Source: Mobula hypostoma (lineage: Eukaryota). Taken from it: 64,000 nucleotides of DNA. This document shows positions 36,462 to 50,576 of the stretch, piece after piece (within the stretch, counting starts at the first letter, position 1; every line of letters starts with the position of its first letter). A model generated the notes under the pieces. That model worked only from the letters and a program-made list of their open reading frames with translations, was not told where the DNA came from and did not search any database. Where the stretch lies: NCBI RefSeq assembly GCF_963921235.1, contig NC_086097.1, positions 36,210,001 through 36,274,000 of the forward strand. Direction: 5' to 3'. The position numbers were made by a program, and so were the translations under genes.

Positions 36462-38514
36462 CTGTTTGAAAAATAAAGCTCATGTTAAGCAGTTTCTAAA
36501 TTAATTCTTATTTTTAAAGAATGAAAATTAAAGCAAAGTAATATTCCTGATCATTCAGTTATATTATATTGTCCTACCAGATATTTACATCTGTATAATA
36601 TTAAACTGTACCATACTAAACGCAAGCACTTGCCTCACAAAGATACAAGTTTCACCTCCATTCTGGTCTGACAACATTAGATGGACTTCAGTTACAATAT
36701 TGAGGAATGGTACATTGACACTTGTCCATGGTTTCAGAAGAAAGCATTTTCCTTCTGATATGAACCAAAACTAATTAACAATTAGTTTCAAGTCCTCCCT
36801 CAAAGAAAAGAATGCAATGAACGTTAGTAATTTTTCAGTTAGTAATGAAGTACTGGAATAACATAACACACATGAGAAAAAAGTCAGGGATGGCTCAAGT
36901 ATGGCTCACTTAATAAGACCAGCTGAACTGGCTGCAATCTCAAATCTGCATTCCTGTCATCCCCAAGTATCTATCCACCTACCATTGCTATTTTGCTCAT
37001 ATAAAGCTGATGCTGTATGAGAGCATGTACCAACCCCCACCCTCCCCCCACACATAAAGAAGAAACAAAAACTCTCAAACCCCAAACCCCTGCCTCGCAC
37101 AAAAACTAACAGATCACCCACACAGAGAAACAGCGGAAAGTACATCAAACTCCAAACCCACCAAACGGCAAAAATGAAAAAAGGGGCAAGAAAGAAATTC
37201 ACAAACTGAAGAAGGCAATAGTGTACTGAATATATGACTTAAGGATTTAGTCTGCACTCACCTGCTACAAATTTGTAATAAATTTTGTCTTCATATTTAT
37301 CAAGTATTATAAGTATCAGCTAATCATTCACCCTCATATACCGATAATGAAAATAGATCAGATAAATTATCTCTTTCCTATCTTACCTCACCTAATAAAA
37401 CTAAAATGCTTAACTTTTAGATATACTTAAAAATAATTTATACATGTAAAGAAAGTGAGGCACATCAACAGTGATGGTTGGCTGAGAAAGTACAGGAGGA
37501 CCAGCTATTCACTGATAATCACAATTTGCATGGGTTCATTTGCATGGGCAACTGATTTTATCGAGGACACAGAATGAAGGACAACCTAGAAGACAGATAG
37601 ATGGTCAGTGACCACCAGATGGAAGAACTCCTTAAAAATTATTCTGTCCTTGATGTGAGTCACACCTGACCAAAAGTCCATTTGTCAAATGAAAAACAAC
37701 AAGGCCTCAGGAGTAGGTGATATTCCTGCTCAATTGTTAAAATCCTGTCAGAGAGGAACCTCAATGAGAACTTCATGTTTGAGGACCTCAGAGATAATAT
37801 ATTCTCGACAATGATAACAAGAAGACAGGGCACTTTGATGCCTGCCACAGTAACAATCATCAACAGGTGTCCCCTCAACCACTTACCAGCGACTCCCCAA
37901 ATTGCAGTGTGGATTCTGTCCACAAGAAGCCCCAAATGACCAAGATTTGCACACCACTTCAACTTCAATCAAGGTGTCTGAATGCAGGGATCAACTTCAA
38001 TCAAGGTGTCTGGTCTTTTAGAACTCATAAAAGCCTTCTAATCTGTCAGTTGAGTGGGAATTTGTAGCATCTAACCACAAAAATTCATCTCTGGTTTATA
38101 TTTGTTTTATGATAGGCCCAAACTCAGTTCAGACTTGCGTCCAGCAAGGCTGTGTCATCACTCCAACCATAATTCAAATTTATTTTTGCACAAGAGTATA
38201 TTGTTGAATAACATTATATACATGAAATACGGAGAAGTGGCCATAATTTTGCACAAGGATAAGAACCTGCTACAGATATTGGAGAAAAACTGGAAGCCTA
38301 AGATGGCCTGTAAGCAAAAATGACCAACAAAGAGAAGAGGTAAATGGGATTTGGTATGAATTAGTATGAAGGCAGTCTTGGAGAACTTCAGGCAAATGGA
38401 GGAGGGGGGATAAATCAGAGGTAACAAAAGCAAGGATAAGGGTTTCAGCTGTAGGAATACACTAAAGCAGGGTTGAAGACAGGATTTATAAAGATGTGAA
38501 AAGATTTACTATAA

Positions 38515-38975
38515 AGTTACCTGGGTTTCATCACCTAAGTTACAGAGAAAGGTTGAACAAGTTGGGTCTTTATTCTTTGGAACGTAGAAGGTTGAGGGGG
38601 GACTTTAAATAGAGGTATTTAAAATTATGAGGGGGATAGATAGAGTTGATGTGGATAGGCTTTTTCCAGAGTGGGGGAGATTCAAACAAGAGGACATGAG
38701 TTGAAAGTTAAAGGGCAAAAGTTTAGGGGTAACATGAGGGGGAACTTCTTTACTCAGAGAGTGGTAGCTGTGTGGAACGAGCTTCCAGCAGAAGTAGTTG
38801 AGGCAGGTTCGATGTTGTCGTTTAAAGTTAAATTGGACAGCTATATGGACAGGAAAGGAATGGAGGGTTATGGGCTGAGTGCAGGTCGGTGGGACTAGGT
38901 GAGAGTAAGAGTTCGGCACGGACTAGAAGGGCCAAGATGGCCTGTTTTCGTGCTGTAATTGTTATATGGTTATAT
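38515..38975 (+). mobile_element. CR1 3' fragment
   Basis: TRGHELKVKGQKFRGNMRGNFFTQRVVAVWNELP, followed by a ttatatggttatatgg tail. Confidence 0.85.
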
Positions 38976-39823
38976 GGAGAGCAGACACAAAGTCATAACG
39001 ATGCTAGGACATATAGTTCACTAGATTTTATAACACAACCTCATTCATTGGCCATGAAGAGTCCATGGATCAAGAATAGAGTTTGCAGTGCTTGAGGACA
39101 ACAAAGACTGACTAAGCTAAAATCAATACATAAAAAGTAATATTACTTACCTGTCCTATAATGTACCCTTATTTAGGATTCAAAGTCAAAAACATAACTT
39201 CTTCAGGCAAGACTGACTTTTCTCCTCATGACTGTCCCTTGCTACATTCTATGACACTCATTATATTCCACACTAGGGTATGATCTCCAATATGAAATTT
39301 TCTCAGCACTACTCTTTTAGCTGTGGAACTTAATTCATCCTAATTCTACATGTATGGAGTACATATTCGGATGGACAGAAGTTGTATAACATTTGAACCC
39401 AGGTCAGTACTAGTTCTGAAAGTCATTAAAAATCAATAAGTAATACTTTAGTACAGTCAACAGTGGGACAGTGACTAAAATACAAAACAGCTCTATATCA
39501 TTGATCTTACAGTAAGCCTGGAGGAAACAAATATAATTAAAAATGAGTGGCAAGGATGGAATACTTGAAACTCATTCACTCAGCATTTTTTTCTACAATG
39601 AAGACCTGAACAGATTTAAACAATATAAATCAAGTGATCCAGCAAGCAAGGATTGATGAATAATTTACATTGCTTCCTACAAAAACAATGTAATAATTCA
39701 ACAAAACTTACATAATGCCAGAAATCAATACAATTCAGTCTTAGATCTTCTGATGCCAAACAAGAGAAATCCAAAATTTCAGCACAAACAATAAAGCCAT
39801 CAATTTCGTTGCACTCTTCTCAC

Positions 39824-39889
39824 CTTGTGTGCTTCAGGCTCATCATCTTCAGGAACAGGGATTCCTGGCTGGTCAGTTAAGTTTAAGTT
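39824..39889 (-). CDS. SNAPC1: SNAPC1 coding exon 6 (NLNLTDQPGIPVPEDDEPEAHK, 66 nt)
   Basis: attacag acceptor and gtgaga donor, phase 0-0, in the position of the low-conservation acidic linker. Confidence 0.72.
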
Positions 39890-42800
39890 CTGTAATAGTT
39901 TTCAGATTAAAAAATTAATGTACTGTACTTTCTTAAAATAAATTCATAAATAGCTATACTGAAGCTCCCGAAAATGAAAACCTGACAGAATGCACTGATC
40001 AGGAAGCTTCTCTGCCAAAATTAGCATTCAACCAGTATTGTAATAAAATATAACCTGATTTATCAAAACACTAAAGAAAGAATTGGTGATTTTGTTGATT
40101 CTCCTGGCCTCTGGCATTTTGGGGTATTCCAGTATTCCAGAAATTTGAAGCCTCTCAATCAGCTTGCTTAAAATAGATTTCAGAATAATAATAAATGACT
40201 ACATACACCAAAAAGGTGTACATTCAAACAGAATACAAATCCACAGAATAGCAGACAGTGCACTGTTTTGCACTGCATCTGTTCAGTCTAGAGGGATTGG
40301 CTGTATTACAACCTCAAAATCCAAGCAGTTCTACAATATAAACTTATGTTGATACCGCATATAAACAGTACCAAGTATTTATTTTGCACCTCTAACAAGA
40401 AAAAAATTGCAAGGTACCTAACAAAAGCTTTACTGAACAAGAATGTGGCATTAAATCTTGCAGATGTCAGGTCAGAAAGCAGAAGACTTTATGAAACATA
40501 TGTTGTGGGGTGCTCTATAAAAGGAGACAAATGCAAAGATTCAGAGGGTTAGGAAGAGTATTTCTCAACTTAAAGGAAAGGCAGCTGAAAATCCACTTGC
40601 AAGTGGTGAAGCAACTAAGATGAAGTGCAAAAGGATCACAGTCAGAGGAGCAGGGAGATTGAACAAAGGTACACGGCTGGAAAAGGTTGGAGAGTGGAAG
40701 TCGGTGAGTCTGTGGAGGGACTTCAAAACATGGATGAAGATTTTAAAATGAAGCTGTGTTGTAGAAGCTGTGTTATGAAGATGAGTGACCACACAAATAA
40801 ACAGCAAGTAAGACTAAAATGGTTAAGATACATGAGGTAGGTTTTGGATCTGATCCTTCAAGAAAAGAACTTAAGCAGTGACCCAGGTGTACACTGGAAT
40901 AGAATTCTTGGAATAACAAAGGTATGAATGAGAACTTCAGCTGAACTGAGCCAGGGCAGAGCTGAATAATAACACAGGATTAGAAATATCTGGTTTAGTC
41001 AAGCAATAGCTAAGTGGGTGAAAACTTATGCAAATCAAACAAGATCAAAGTTGCAAACCTTCTCCTGAAAAGGGAAAAGTGACCAGGAACCTGCATAAGT
41101 ACCAGGGACCATGAGAATGTTTCCAGCCTTCTGTATATGAGAGTTTTGTTCGTCTTATACTAAATGTCAGATGAGCAAGAAGACAAATCTGAAATAGTAA
41201 AATGACCCAGAGGGAGGTTTGAGAAACAAGTCCAGTCATCCATCTGTGGAACCTGATTGGGAGACTTTACGATGGCATCACCGAACCACAGCATGCAAGT
41301 GAGAAACAGAATGACAAGGATCAATCCTAAAACTTGCAAAAAGTTGGAAGGTTGATGTCAGTGGAAAAGTTCCACTGAGATACTAACATCAAAAGCAGAT
41401 GGAAGAAGTCAGAGAAAAATAAAACATACATATGGATAGATCCGTTATTTAAATTTTACACAGGGAACAAATTTTAAACTTGCCACATCACCATAACCAA
41501 ATCCCTGGAAAAAGACCTGAAGAGGAAGCTTGGTTCCAAGTTCTCTTATCAAGTCTATAATACTACTCTGCTGTGTTTGTTTGAAAGCACCTGACTCAAT
41601 TTTTTTCCTGCACAAATTCATTGCAAATGCATTAGTTACACCATTAGGCTATCCTGTACTGCCTCAGCTGGTTTAAACTGTTGATACTACCTTGTTAATC
41701 TTAATGAAAGGTTGCACGAGGCAACAGAGAAAGAACTCATCAACATTTGTCATTGGAAAAACAAATCATTGCTAGAGATTGCTTCCCTATTCCCGGCGTG
41801 CAAACTATTTCCACACTATATCTTGGGTTGACAGTATATCCTACAAATGATTAAGATCTAGCTTCAACCTAAAGAGCATCAACTTCCATGAAGCATTTAT
41901 TCACTAAATGCAAAAGCCAACTGCAGCAGTTGGTCATAACACTGGAGGAGCTTAGCTAACTCAGAACACATTATCACTTCTACCTGGGAGTTCTCTCAAG
42001 CCTTCTGGGTCAAAGGGTGTCTGATGAATTTAAAAGCCAAATAATTTTTACAGGGATCTTATGAGACACAACAAGGATGACAAGGGAAATAAGGAAGGAG
42101 ACTCTTAACAAGAAGGAAGCCTATATCAAAGAACAGTGCAGGCTGGCAGAACAAGATAAGAAAGAAGCCAAAAAAAGGTCCTGAGTTTTATGAATAAAGC
42201 CGTACACCAGAATAACAAAATCATGATGAATCTTTACAGCATAATGGTTTGACCACAAATGTAACATCATATCCAGTTCTTAGCATCTCACTTTAGGAAA
42301 GATATGAAATACTTAGAGAGGGTGCAGAAGCAATTTAGTGGATTGATGCCAAGAATAAAGAACTTGATGAAAATTTAAGTTAATGAAAATTGGAGATATT
42401 CAGAATCACGCAAGATCTTGACAGAAAATTATCATACTGATCATACTTTGGTCCAAAACCAAAGGAGAAACAATGAAGGTAATCAGCAAAAAAAACACAA
42501 ATGATAAGAAAATGTTTTTTTTTAATTTAGTATTGTAACGCACTGTGAGGAGAAAAGGTGGATTCAACTGCAGAATTCAAGAGGAAGCTAGATAAATTCT
42601 TAAAAGGAACACATATCCAAGGCTTTCAGCAGGGGGTGGGTGTGGTAAAAGGAGGACTAGATCAATTGCTTTTGTATGGAGCAGACAATGACTCATTGGG
42701 ACAAAGGGAGTTTTGTGCCATAACAGCAAACTTTGATTGAGGTAGGAGCAAAAGGAGAATGGCTAATTCTGTATTTTCTTTCCATGCTCCAAGGTAACTA

Positions 42801-42925
42801 ATAAGTTACACATTTATACCAACCTCTGCATCTATGGTGTTAATGACTCGAACAATTCTAACCAGCTTTAATGCATCTTGTATTGAAAATTATATCACAT
42901 TGCATAAAATTAGACATAGCTTCAC

Positions 42926-43081
42926 CTTGTTCTCTTGCCACTGTTGGAATTCCACTGCAATGTTCTTCAGATCTGACACGAAGTTCCCTCGAATTAAGCT
43001 TAGTGCTTTGTCCAGCTGTGTTTTGTTTGCAGAGATCGTATGTTTCATAGCTTGATAATGTTCATGGACATTTGTTAGTTC
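42926..43081 (-). CDS. SNAPC1: SNAPC1 coding exon 5 (ELTNVHEHYQAMKH..QQWQENK)
   Basis: Matches the recalled EMLNVHDHYQNMKH..DKALSLI. The donor gtgaag is somewhat weak. Confidence 0.9.
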
Positions 43082-43238
43082 CTTTAAAAGGGGAAAAGAA
43101 ATTATTTCTATGTCATTGTTCAGGAGGGAAGTAAAAAAATCTGTCCCTTTGCCTGGGCAAAACTTCACTATGTCCTCTTCCAAATAACTGCCCATATGTC
43201 TGTTTTTCAATCCAAGTCATTCCCCATTTAGGTCATAC

Positions 43239-43346
43239 CTCTAAAGCTTCAGCACTAATCAGCTCAGACACCAAATTAGACTTTTCCCGTAAGTTCTCAT
43301 TAACATCATCATTGGGCAATTTTTTCCTCTTTCTATTGTAAGTTAG
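43239..43346 (-). CDS. SNAPC1: SNAPC1 coding exon 4 (LTYNRKRKKLPNDD..SAEALE, 108 nt)
   Basis: tttttcag acceptor and gtatga donor, phase 0-0. Confidence 0.88.
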
Positions 43347-43462
43347 CTGAAAAAGAAACAAAAAGGAATTTATCAGCTATTTTTAAACTAATTCAATCTT
43401 AGATATGCTTGCTCACTGATGTATCATTATCCAGTTTGAGAATGAAACTGAAATAGAACTGA

Positions 43463-43740
43463 GGCATCACAGTAGTGTACTGGTTAACACAACGCTTTAC
43501 AGTACCAGCGACCCAAAATCAATTCTCGCCACTGCCCGTTAGGAGTTTGTACGTTCTCTCCGTGACTGCGTAGGTTTCCTGCAGGTGCTCCGGTTTCCTC
43601 CCACAGTACCAGTTGGTTGGTTAATTGGTCTTTGTAAATTGTCCCATGATTAGGCTAGGATTAACTTGGGGGATTGCTGGGCAGAGCAGCTTGAAGAGTC
43701 AGAAGGGCCTATTCCATGCTGTATCCCAATAAACAAAAAA
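43463..43740 (+). mobile_element. HE1/V-type SINE
   Basis: tRNA-like head, central ttctctccgtgactgcgtaggtttcc..ggtgctccggtttcctccca, A-rich tail. Confidence 0.75.
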
Positions 43741-44440
43741 TATAATGATCTGCACCTTGACCGGAGAGTAAAAAATATGCGAAGGATTTGCACTCCTATA
43801 TAAAACTCCTCAATAGAGTACCATGCAGTTCTGATTCGAACCACACCCTTTATATAATGTGGAATTGGTTACTATGCAGAGGAGACTAAGCGGGTTTTTT
43901 TTTTCAGATTTGAGGAGAGGCTCATAGGCCGAGTTGTTTACTTGGGAGCAAAAAGACTGCAAGGAAGAACTTAACGGAGGTGTACAAAATTATATGGATA
44001 TAGAAAATTTAGAAAATGAGACTCTTCCCCTTAACAGAGTTGTCCATGACCAAAGGATGGGGACTATGGCGAGGGGGTAGAATATTTAGAAAATATGAAG
44101 ATTTCTGTTTTCACGAAGAAGATCAATGAAGTCTGGAAATCTGCCTGAAGGTGGAGTAAGTATTCCTTAAAATTAAAAATGTATTTGGACAAGTCACAGA
44201 ACAGAACATGACAGTCAGATGATGGTCAATGGGAACAATATAGATAGGTACTTTATTGCCAGCATGTAAAAGGTAGTTTGAGAGTCTGCTTCATGCTGTA
44301 GACCTCTGATTATATGAATTTGATGAGGCTGTTTATTTAAAATAGAAAAAGAACTGATGTATCTATATACATATTGATAAAACAACAGTTGGCAGACTTC
44401 TCAAGCTTTAATAAACCATAGAGCCTCAATTGGTACTTAC

Positions 44441-44581
44441 CAATGTTGGCATTGCTGTGAAATGGAAAGCTTTGTCATTTAGAAGTTTTTTCAGAATATA
44501 CACAGCATCAAAATGTTCTGCATTCACCATTTCTTCTTGACAACTGACCACCTCATCCCAATTCTTCAATGCTATCCTTAT
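44441..44581 (-). CDS. SNAPC1: SNAPC1 coding exon 3 (IRIALKNWDEV..AFHFTAMPTL, 141 nt)
   Basis: Strong match to the recalled IRVALKDWDEV..AFHFTAMPKL, with canonical splice sites. Confidence 0.95.
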
Positions 44582-45120
44582 CTGTAGAAAATAGACCGAA
44601 TTGCTCATCGCATAAACATGTTTTGGGCATTTTAATTCAAACTCAATCACGATAGCCACATCAGGGAATTTTTAAAAAGTTCATACCTCCAATTCCTCAC
44701 ATATCGCATAAACTATTCCTCACCTTAAAGGTGAGAAGATAAATTAATCGTTATTTGCAGTTAAACAGGAAAAAATAAATTGAATATATAGCAGAGATAG
44801 GATTTAACAATGTCCAAAGTGTCAACACGACATTTAAACTCCATTGATGCTTCCTTGCGTCTCAATTCTTTTACCATCAATGCTATTCACTATAACTATT
44901 ATTTTCCCCACTGTGAATACAGCAGTTTTTTTTTCTCTCTCTGAATCACAAAGTATTTACTAGTGACTATTTCATATCTATGGGCCAGACTTGTGGTGCC
45001 CCCACCAATGGAAGGAGCTCTGTGTCCAAAATGTACAGGATAACCTCTACGGAATAGAAACAAATATGCACTAATAGCTTGGAGTAATCGAACACTCAGC
45101 AAGGTAAATCTGGCACATAC

Positions 45121-45280
45121 CTTTTCCTTAGGTTGACAGAGCTGTGTATTGTATAGTCCATAAAGAAGGTACAAGCCTCCTAACCGGATCTGAAAGCTGT
45201 AAGGAGGGAAAAAGTATCGACTTGCCAGAGCTAGTGCTTCCCTTGCGAAAGTCCTCCTGTCAATTTTGCCCATTTTTCCA
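45121..45280 (-). CDS. SNAPC1: SNAPC1 coding exon 2 (GKMGKID..YLLYGLYNTQLCQPKEK, 160 nt)
   Basis: FQIRLGGLYLLYGLYNTQLCQPK is the SNAPC1/SNAP43 signature. Canonical splice sites. Confidence 0.96.
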
Positions 45281-45419
45281 CTGAAAGAAACAAATATAAC
45301 AGTGGCACATCTTAGATTCCTATCTACCTTAATAACATTAACAAATTTAGAATAATACTTTTGGTCCTTTCATCCAATTCACTTATACAACTTCTAAAAA
45401 GTTGAGGGCCTTCGCATTG

Positions 45420-46022
45420 ACCTCTTGAATTTACCACTCACTGTATCTCAACAACCAGAAAAGGCACACTGATGTCTACTTCAATTCCACAGAAATAACC
45501 ATATCAATTTTAATCCCCACTCCCATTCCACTATGTTGGTGCCTGACATCCTCTTCTGTCATGAGGCCACACTCAGGATGAAGAAGCAACACCTCATATT
45601 CCATCTAGGTAGCCTCTAACCTGATATAATAAACATTGATTTCTCCAACTTCTGGTGATTATTTTCCCCCTCCCTTTTCCCTTTTATTCATTCCCCCACT
45701 CTGGCCCCCATCTTACCTCTTCTCCTCACCTGCCTATCACCTCCCCCTTCCCCTTCTCCCATGGTTCACATTCCTCTCCTACCAGACTCCTCCTCCAGCC
45801 CTTTACCTTTTCAACCTCTCACGTCCCAACTTCTTACTTCATATCCTTTTTCCCACCTGCCTAGCTTCACCCATCACCTTCAAGGTTGTACTCCTTCCAC
45901 TCCCCCCAGCTTCTTACTCTGGCATCTTCTTTCAGTCCTGATGAAGGATCTCAGCCTGAAACGTCAACTGTTTATTCATTTCCATAGATGCTGCCTGACC
46001 TGCCGAGTTCCTCCAGCATCTT
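45420..46022 (+). mobile_element. PLE 3' fragment (continues at 49449-49465 after the CR1 insertion)
   Basis: GIY-YIG C-terminal remnant (..QHLIFHLGSL..NIDFSNF), pyrimidine tract and hammerhead-bearing terminus. Confidence 0.7.
45933..45970 (+). ncRNA. Hammerhead ribozyme motif, one stem I mismatch
   Basis: CAGTC-CTGATGA-AGG-ATCTCAG-CCT-GAAACGTC-AACTG. Confidence 0.6.
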
Positions 46023-49000
46023 AAGACCATAAGACAAAGGAGCAGAAGTAGGCCATTCGGCCCATCGAGTCTGCTCCGCCATTTTATCATGAGCTGATCC
46101 ATTTTCTCCTATTTAGTCCCACTCGCCTGCCTTCTCACCATAACCTTTGATGCCCTGGCTACTCAGATACCTATCAATCTCTGCCTTAAATACATCCAAT
46201 GACTTGGCCTCCACTGCTGCCCGTGGCAACAAATTCCATAGATTCACCACCATCTGACTAAAAAAATTTCTTCGCATTTCTGTTCTGAAAGAGCTCCCTT
46301 CAGTCCTTAAGTCATGCCCTCTCGTACTAGACTCCCCCATCATGGGAAACAACTTTGCCACATCCACTCTGTCCATGCCTTTTAACATTCGAAATGTTTC
46401 TATGAGGTCTCCCCTCATTCTTCTAAACTCCAAGGAATACAGTCCAAGAGCGGACAAACGTTCCTCATATGTTAACCCTCTCATTCCCGGAATCATTCTA
46501 GTGAATCTTCTCTGTACCCTCTCCAACGTCAGCACATCCTTTCTTAAATAAGGAGACCAAAACTGCCCACAGTACTCCAAGTGAGGTCTCACCAGCGCCT
46601 TATAGAGCCTCAACATCACATCCCTGCTCCTATACTCTATTCCTCTAGAAATGAATGCCAACATTGAATTCATCTTCTTCACTACTGACTCAGCCTGGAG
46701 GTTAACTTTAAGGGTATCCTGTACGAGGACTCCCAAGTCCCGTTGCATCTCAGAACTTTGAATTCTTCCCCCATTTAAATAATAGTCTGCCTGTTTATTT
46801 TTTCTGCCAAAGTGCATAACCATACACTTTCCAACATTGTACTTCATTTGCCATTTCTCTGCCCATTCTTCCAATCTATCCAAGTCTCTCTGCAGACTCT
46901 CCGTTTCCTCAGCACTACCGACCCCTCCACCTATCTTCGTATCATCAGCAAACTTAGCCACAAAGCCATCTATTCCATACTCTAAATCACTGATGTACAA
47001 TGTAAAAAGAAGAGGCCCCAACACTGATCCCTGCGGAACACCACTGGTAACCGGCAGCCAACCAGAATAGGATCCCTTTATTCCCACTCTCTGTTTCCTG
47101 CCAATCAGTCAATGCTCTATCCACATATGTAACTTTCCTGTAATTCCATGGGCTCTTATCTTGTTAAGTAGCCTCATGTGTGGCACCTTGTCAAAGGCCT
47201 TCTGAAAATCCAAATATACAACATCCACAGCATCTCCCTTGTCTAGCCTACTGGTAATTTCCTCAAAAAACTGTAATGGGTTTGTCAGGCAGGATTTTCC
47301 TTTAAGGAATCCATGCTGAGTTCTGCCTATCTTGTCATATACCTCCAGGTACTCTGTAACCTCATCCTTGACAATCGACTCCAACAACTTCCCAACCACG
47401 AATGTCAAGCTAACAGGTCTATAATTTCCTTTTTGCTTCCTTGCCCCCTTCTTAAATAGCGGAGTGACATTTGCAACCTTCCAGTCCTCCGAAACCATGC
47501 CAGAATCTATCGACTTTTGAAAGATCATCGCTAATGCCTCCGCAATCTCCACAGCTACCTCCTTCAGAACACGAGGGTGCATTCCATCTGGTCCAGGAGA
47601 TTTATCTACCTTTGGCCTATTCAGCTTCCTGAGTACTTTCTCTGTCGTAATTGTGACTGCGCACACTTCTCTTCCCTGCCACCCTTGAGTGTCCGGTATC
47701 CTGCTGTCTTCCTCAGTGAAGACTGATGCAAAATACTTGTTCAGTTCTTCTGCCATATCCTCATCTCCCATTACAATTTCTCCAGCATCATTTTCTATCG
47801 GTCCTATATCTACTCTCACCTGTCTTTTACTCTTTATATACTTGAAAAAGCTTTTAGTATCCTCTTCGATATTATTTGCTAGCTTCCTTTCATAGTTAAT
47901 CTTTTCTCTCTTAATGACCTTCTTGGTTTCCTTTTGTAAGGTTTTAAAAACTTCCCAATCCTCTCTCTTCCCACTAATTTTTGCTTCCTTGTATGCCCTC
48001 TCTTTTGCTTTAACTTTGGCTTTGACTTCTCTTGTCAACCACGGTTGCATCCTTTTTCCACTCAAAAATTTCTTTTTTTTTGGAATATACCTGTCTTGTA
48101 CATTCCTCATTTCTCGCATAAACTCCAGCCACTGCTGCTCTGCTGTCTTTCCCGCCAGTGTCTCTTTCCAGTCAACGTTGGCCAGTTCCTCTCTCATGCC
48201 ACTGTAATTTCCTTTACTCCACTGAAATACCGACACATCAGATTTCGGCTTCTCTTTTTTTAATTTCACAGTGAACTCAATCATGTTATGATCACTGCCT
48301 CCTAAGGGTTCCTTCACCTCAATCTCTCCAATCACCTCCGGTTCATTACTCAATACCCAACCCAGTACAGCCGATCCCCTAGTAGACTCAACAACCTGTT
48401 CTAAAAAACCATCTCGCAGACATTCTACAAATTCTCTCTCGAGATCCAGTGCTGACCTGATTTTCCCAATCTACTCGCATGTTAAAATCCCCCACAATTA
48501 TCATAACACTGCCCTTCTGACAAGCCTTTTCTATTTCCAGTTGTAATTTGTAGTCCACATCACTGCAGCTGTTTGGAGGCCTATAAATAACTGCCATCAG
48601 GGTCCTTTTACCCCTGCTATTTCTTAGCTCAACCCATAAAGATTCTGCACCTTCCGATCCTATATCACCTCTTTCTAATGATTTAATATCATTTCTTACC
48701 AATAAAGCCACGCCTCCCCCTCTGCCTACCTTCCTATCCTTCCGATACACCATGTATCCTTGGACGTTCAGCTCCCAGAGACATGCATCCTTTAGCCAGG
48801 TCTCAGTGATGGCCACAATATCATACCTGCCAATCTGTAGCTGTAGAACAAGATCATCCTCCTTATTCCTTATGCTGCGTGCATTTAAGTACAACACCTT
48901 AAGACCAGTATTTGATACTTTTGCTTTGATTTCACTGCAACTTTATTGCACTGCAACTCATCCCAATGGCTACAAATTTGCCCCATCACCTGCCTGTCTT

Positions 49001-49448
49001 TCCTGACATCTTTACTGCTCACTATCTTAGATTTATTTCTGTTTTCCCCTTCCTCCGCTCTATCATTCCAGTTCCCATCCCCCTGCCAAATTAGTTTAAA
49101 CCCTCCCTAACAGCTCTATTAAACTTTCCCGCCAGGTTCAGGTGTAACCTGTCCTTTTTGAACAGGTCATACTTCCCCCAGAATAGATCCCAATTATCCA
49201 AGAATCTGAAGCCTTGCCCCCTACACCAGTCTCTCAGCCACGCATTCATCTGCCTGATCCGACTACTCTTGCCCTCGCTAGCACATGGCACAGGTAGCAA
49301 TCCCGAGATTACTACCCTGGAGGTCCTGCTTCTCAGCTTCCTTCCTAACTCCTGGAAATCTCTCTTCAGAACCTCCTCCTTTGTCCTGTCTATGTCATTG
49401 GTACCAACATGTACCAAGACAACTGGCTGCTCACCCTCCCCCAACACA
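46023..49448 (-). mobile_element. Young 5'-truncated CR1 LINE (ORF1 esterase part + ORF2 APE-RT)
   Basis: ORF1 SGNH-like VHVGTNDI. ORF2 has YLNARSIRNK, AITETWL, IYRPP, GDFN, GVPQGSVLGP and FADD. One frameshift near 48435 and one TGA at 47109. CATCTT TSD at 46017-46022 and 49449-49454. Confidence 0.95.
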
Positions 49449-49533
49449 CATCTTGTGTGTGTTGTACTGCTGCCTATTCTCTCTTTCCTGTTAGCTACCC
49501 AATCCAGTTACTTCCTCCATGCTAAAGCTTTTT

Positions 49534-50285
49534 AAGTTCAAGTTCAGGTTTAATTGTCATGCAACCATCCATGAAAACCCGTGAACATAGGCAAATGAAA
49601 CAGCATTACTCCAGGGCCAAGATACAAAAACATAGTACCACAGAACACAGCACAAGGCACACATAGCAAATATAAGACAGCAGTAAAATACAGTCACATA
49701 AAGAAGTCCGAGTCCATGAATGTTGCAGCAGTCTGCCTTCTCGGCTTCTGCTGAGCTAACACTGGAGAGCAGCACCAACTCCAGCAAAGACGCCATGCCA
49801 CACCACCTCTGACAACTCCAGTGGAGCACACCAACACCTCTCTACTGGGCAGCTGCAAACAGGCAACACCACAGTTTGAGGCCAAGTCCTTGCTACGATT
49901 GAGGCCACCCGGCTCCCCCATCGTCCGCACCTGCCGTTCACCAATAAAACAGTGAATCAGACTTGCAGCACTGCACGCTACCAATGTCCAAAAGGGTCTT
50001 GTGATCACTAAGACATTGCTATTAGACAGCACACTGCCTTTGAGCACCAACTCCTCTCTGTTGCAGGTAGCAGCACAGTCCACACCAAGTCCAGCCCCCT
50101 TAGTTTTTCCTGCAATGAACAACTCTCTGATGAGGTACAACTGCAGGACTTTAAGTTCCTAATGTCCATCAGGGTCTAGCAACCATGAAAAAAAAATTAT
50201 GCTTAAAAAAAAATAGACAATAAAACCTTTGGTTGGCCCCAGAAAAGTCACTACGCCCGAGAATGCCATCAACTTACTGTAAGTT
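49534..50285 (-). mobile_element. Interspersed repeat with (TTGAAC)n tail, family uncertain
   Basis: aagttcaagttcaggtttaattgtcat terminus, of the type seen on Rex1-associated elements elsewhere in the window. Confidence 0.4.
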
Positions 50286-50576
50286 TTAATTTCCACAATA
50301 ACTTTTGATGCAGCTCCTTATTAAATGCTTTCAGGAAATAGTGTTCATTTACTTATTCACTTTTATCCACATACACATTAATACTTCAATTTCTCTTTCA
50401 TAAAAAACAGCCCACTAATGAAATGTACTCGGTAGGACTAGATGAGAAATGATCTGTCTCAGATTAAATACACTACACGGCTATTAATGGTCCTGATGTC
50501 AGTCATCTGGGCATCAACATTTTCGTAAATGCAAACCTTAATCACTGAATTAACATTCTAAAAATAGAATTCTTAC

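Noticed and set aside
37960..38012. 21-bp direct repeat with 11-bp spacer
   Set aside because: Only two units within a decayed retroelement: a local duplication, not a CRISPR-like array.
40400..41960. Possible ancient L2 and RTE remnants
   Set aside because: Too decayed to give supported boundaries by eye.
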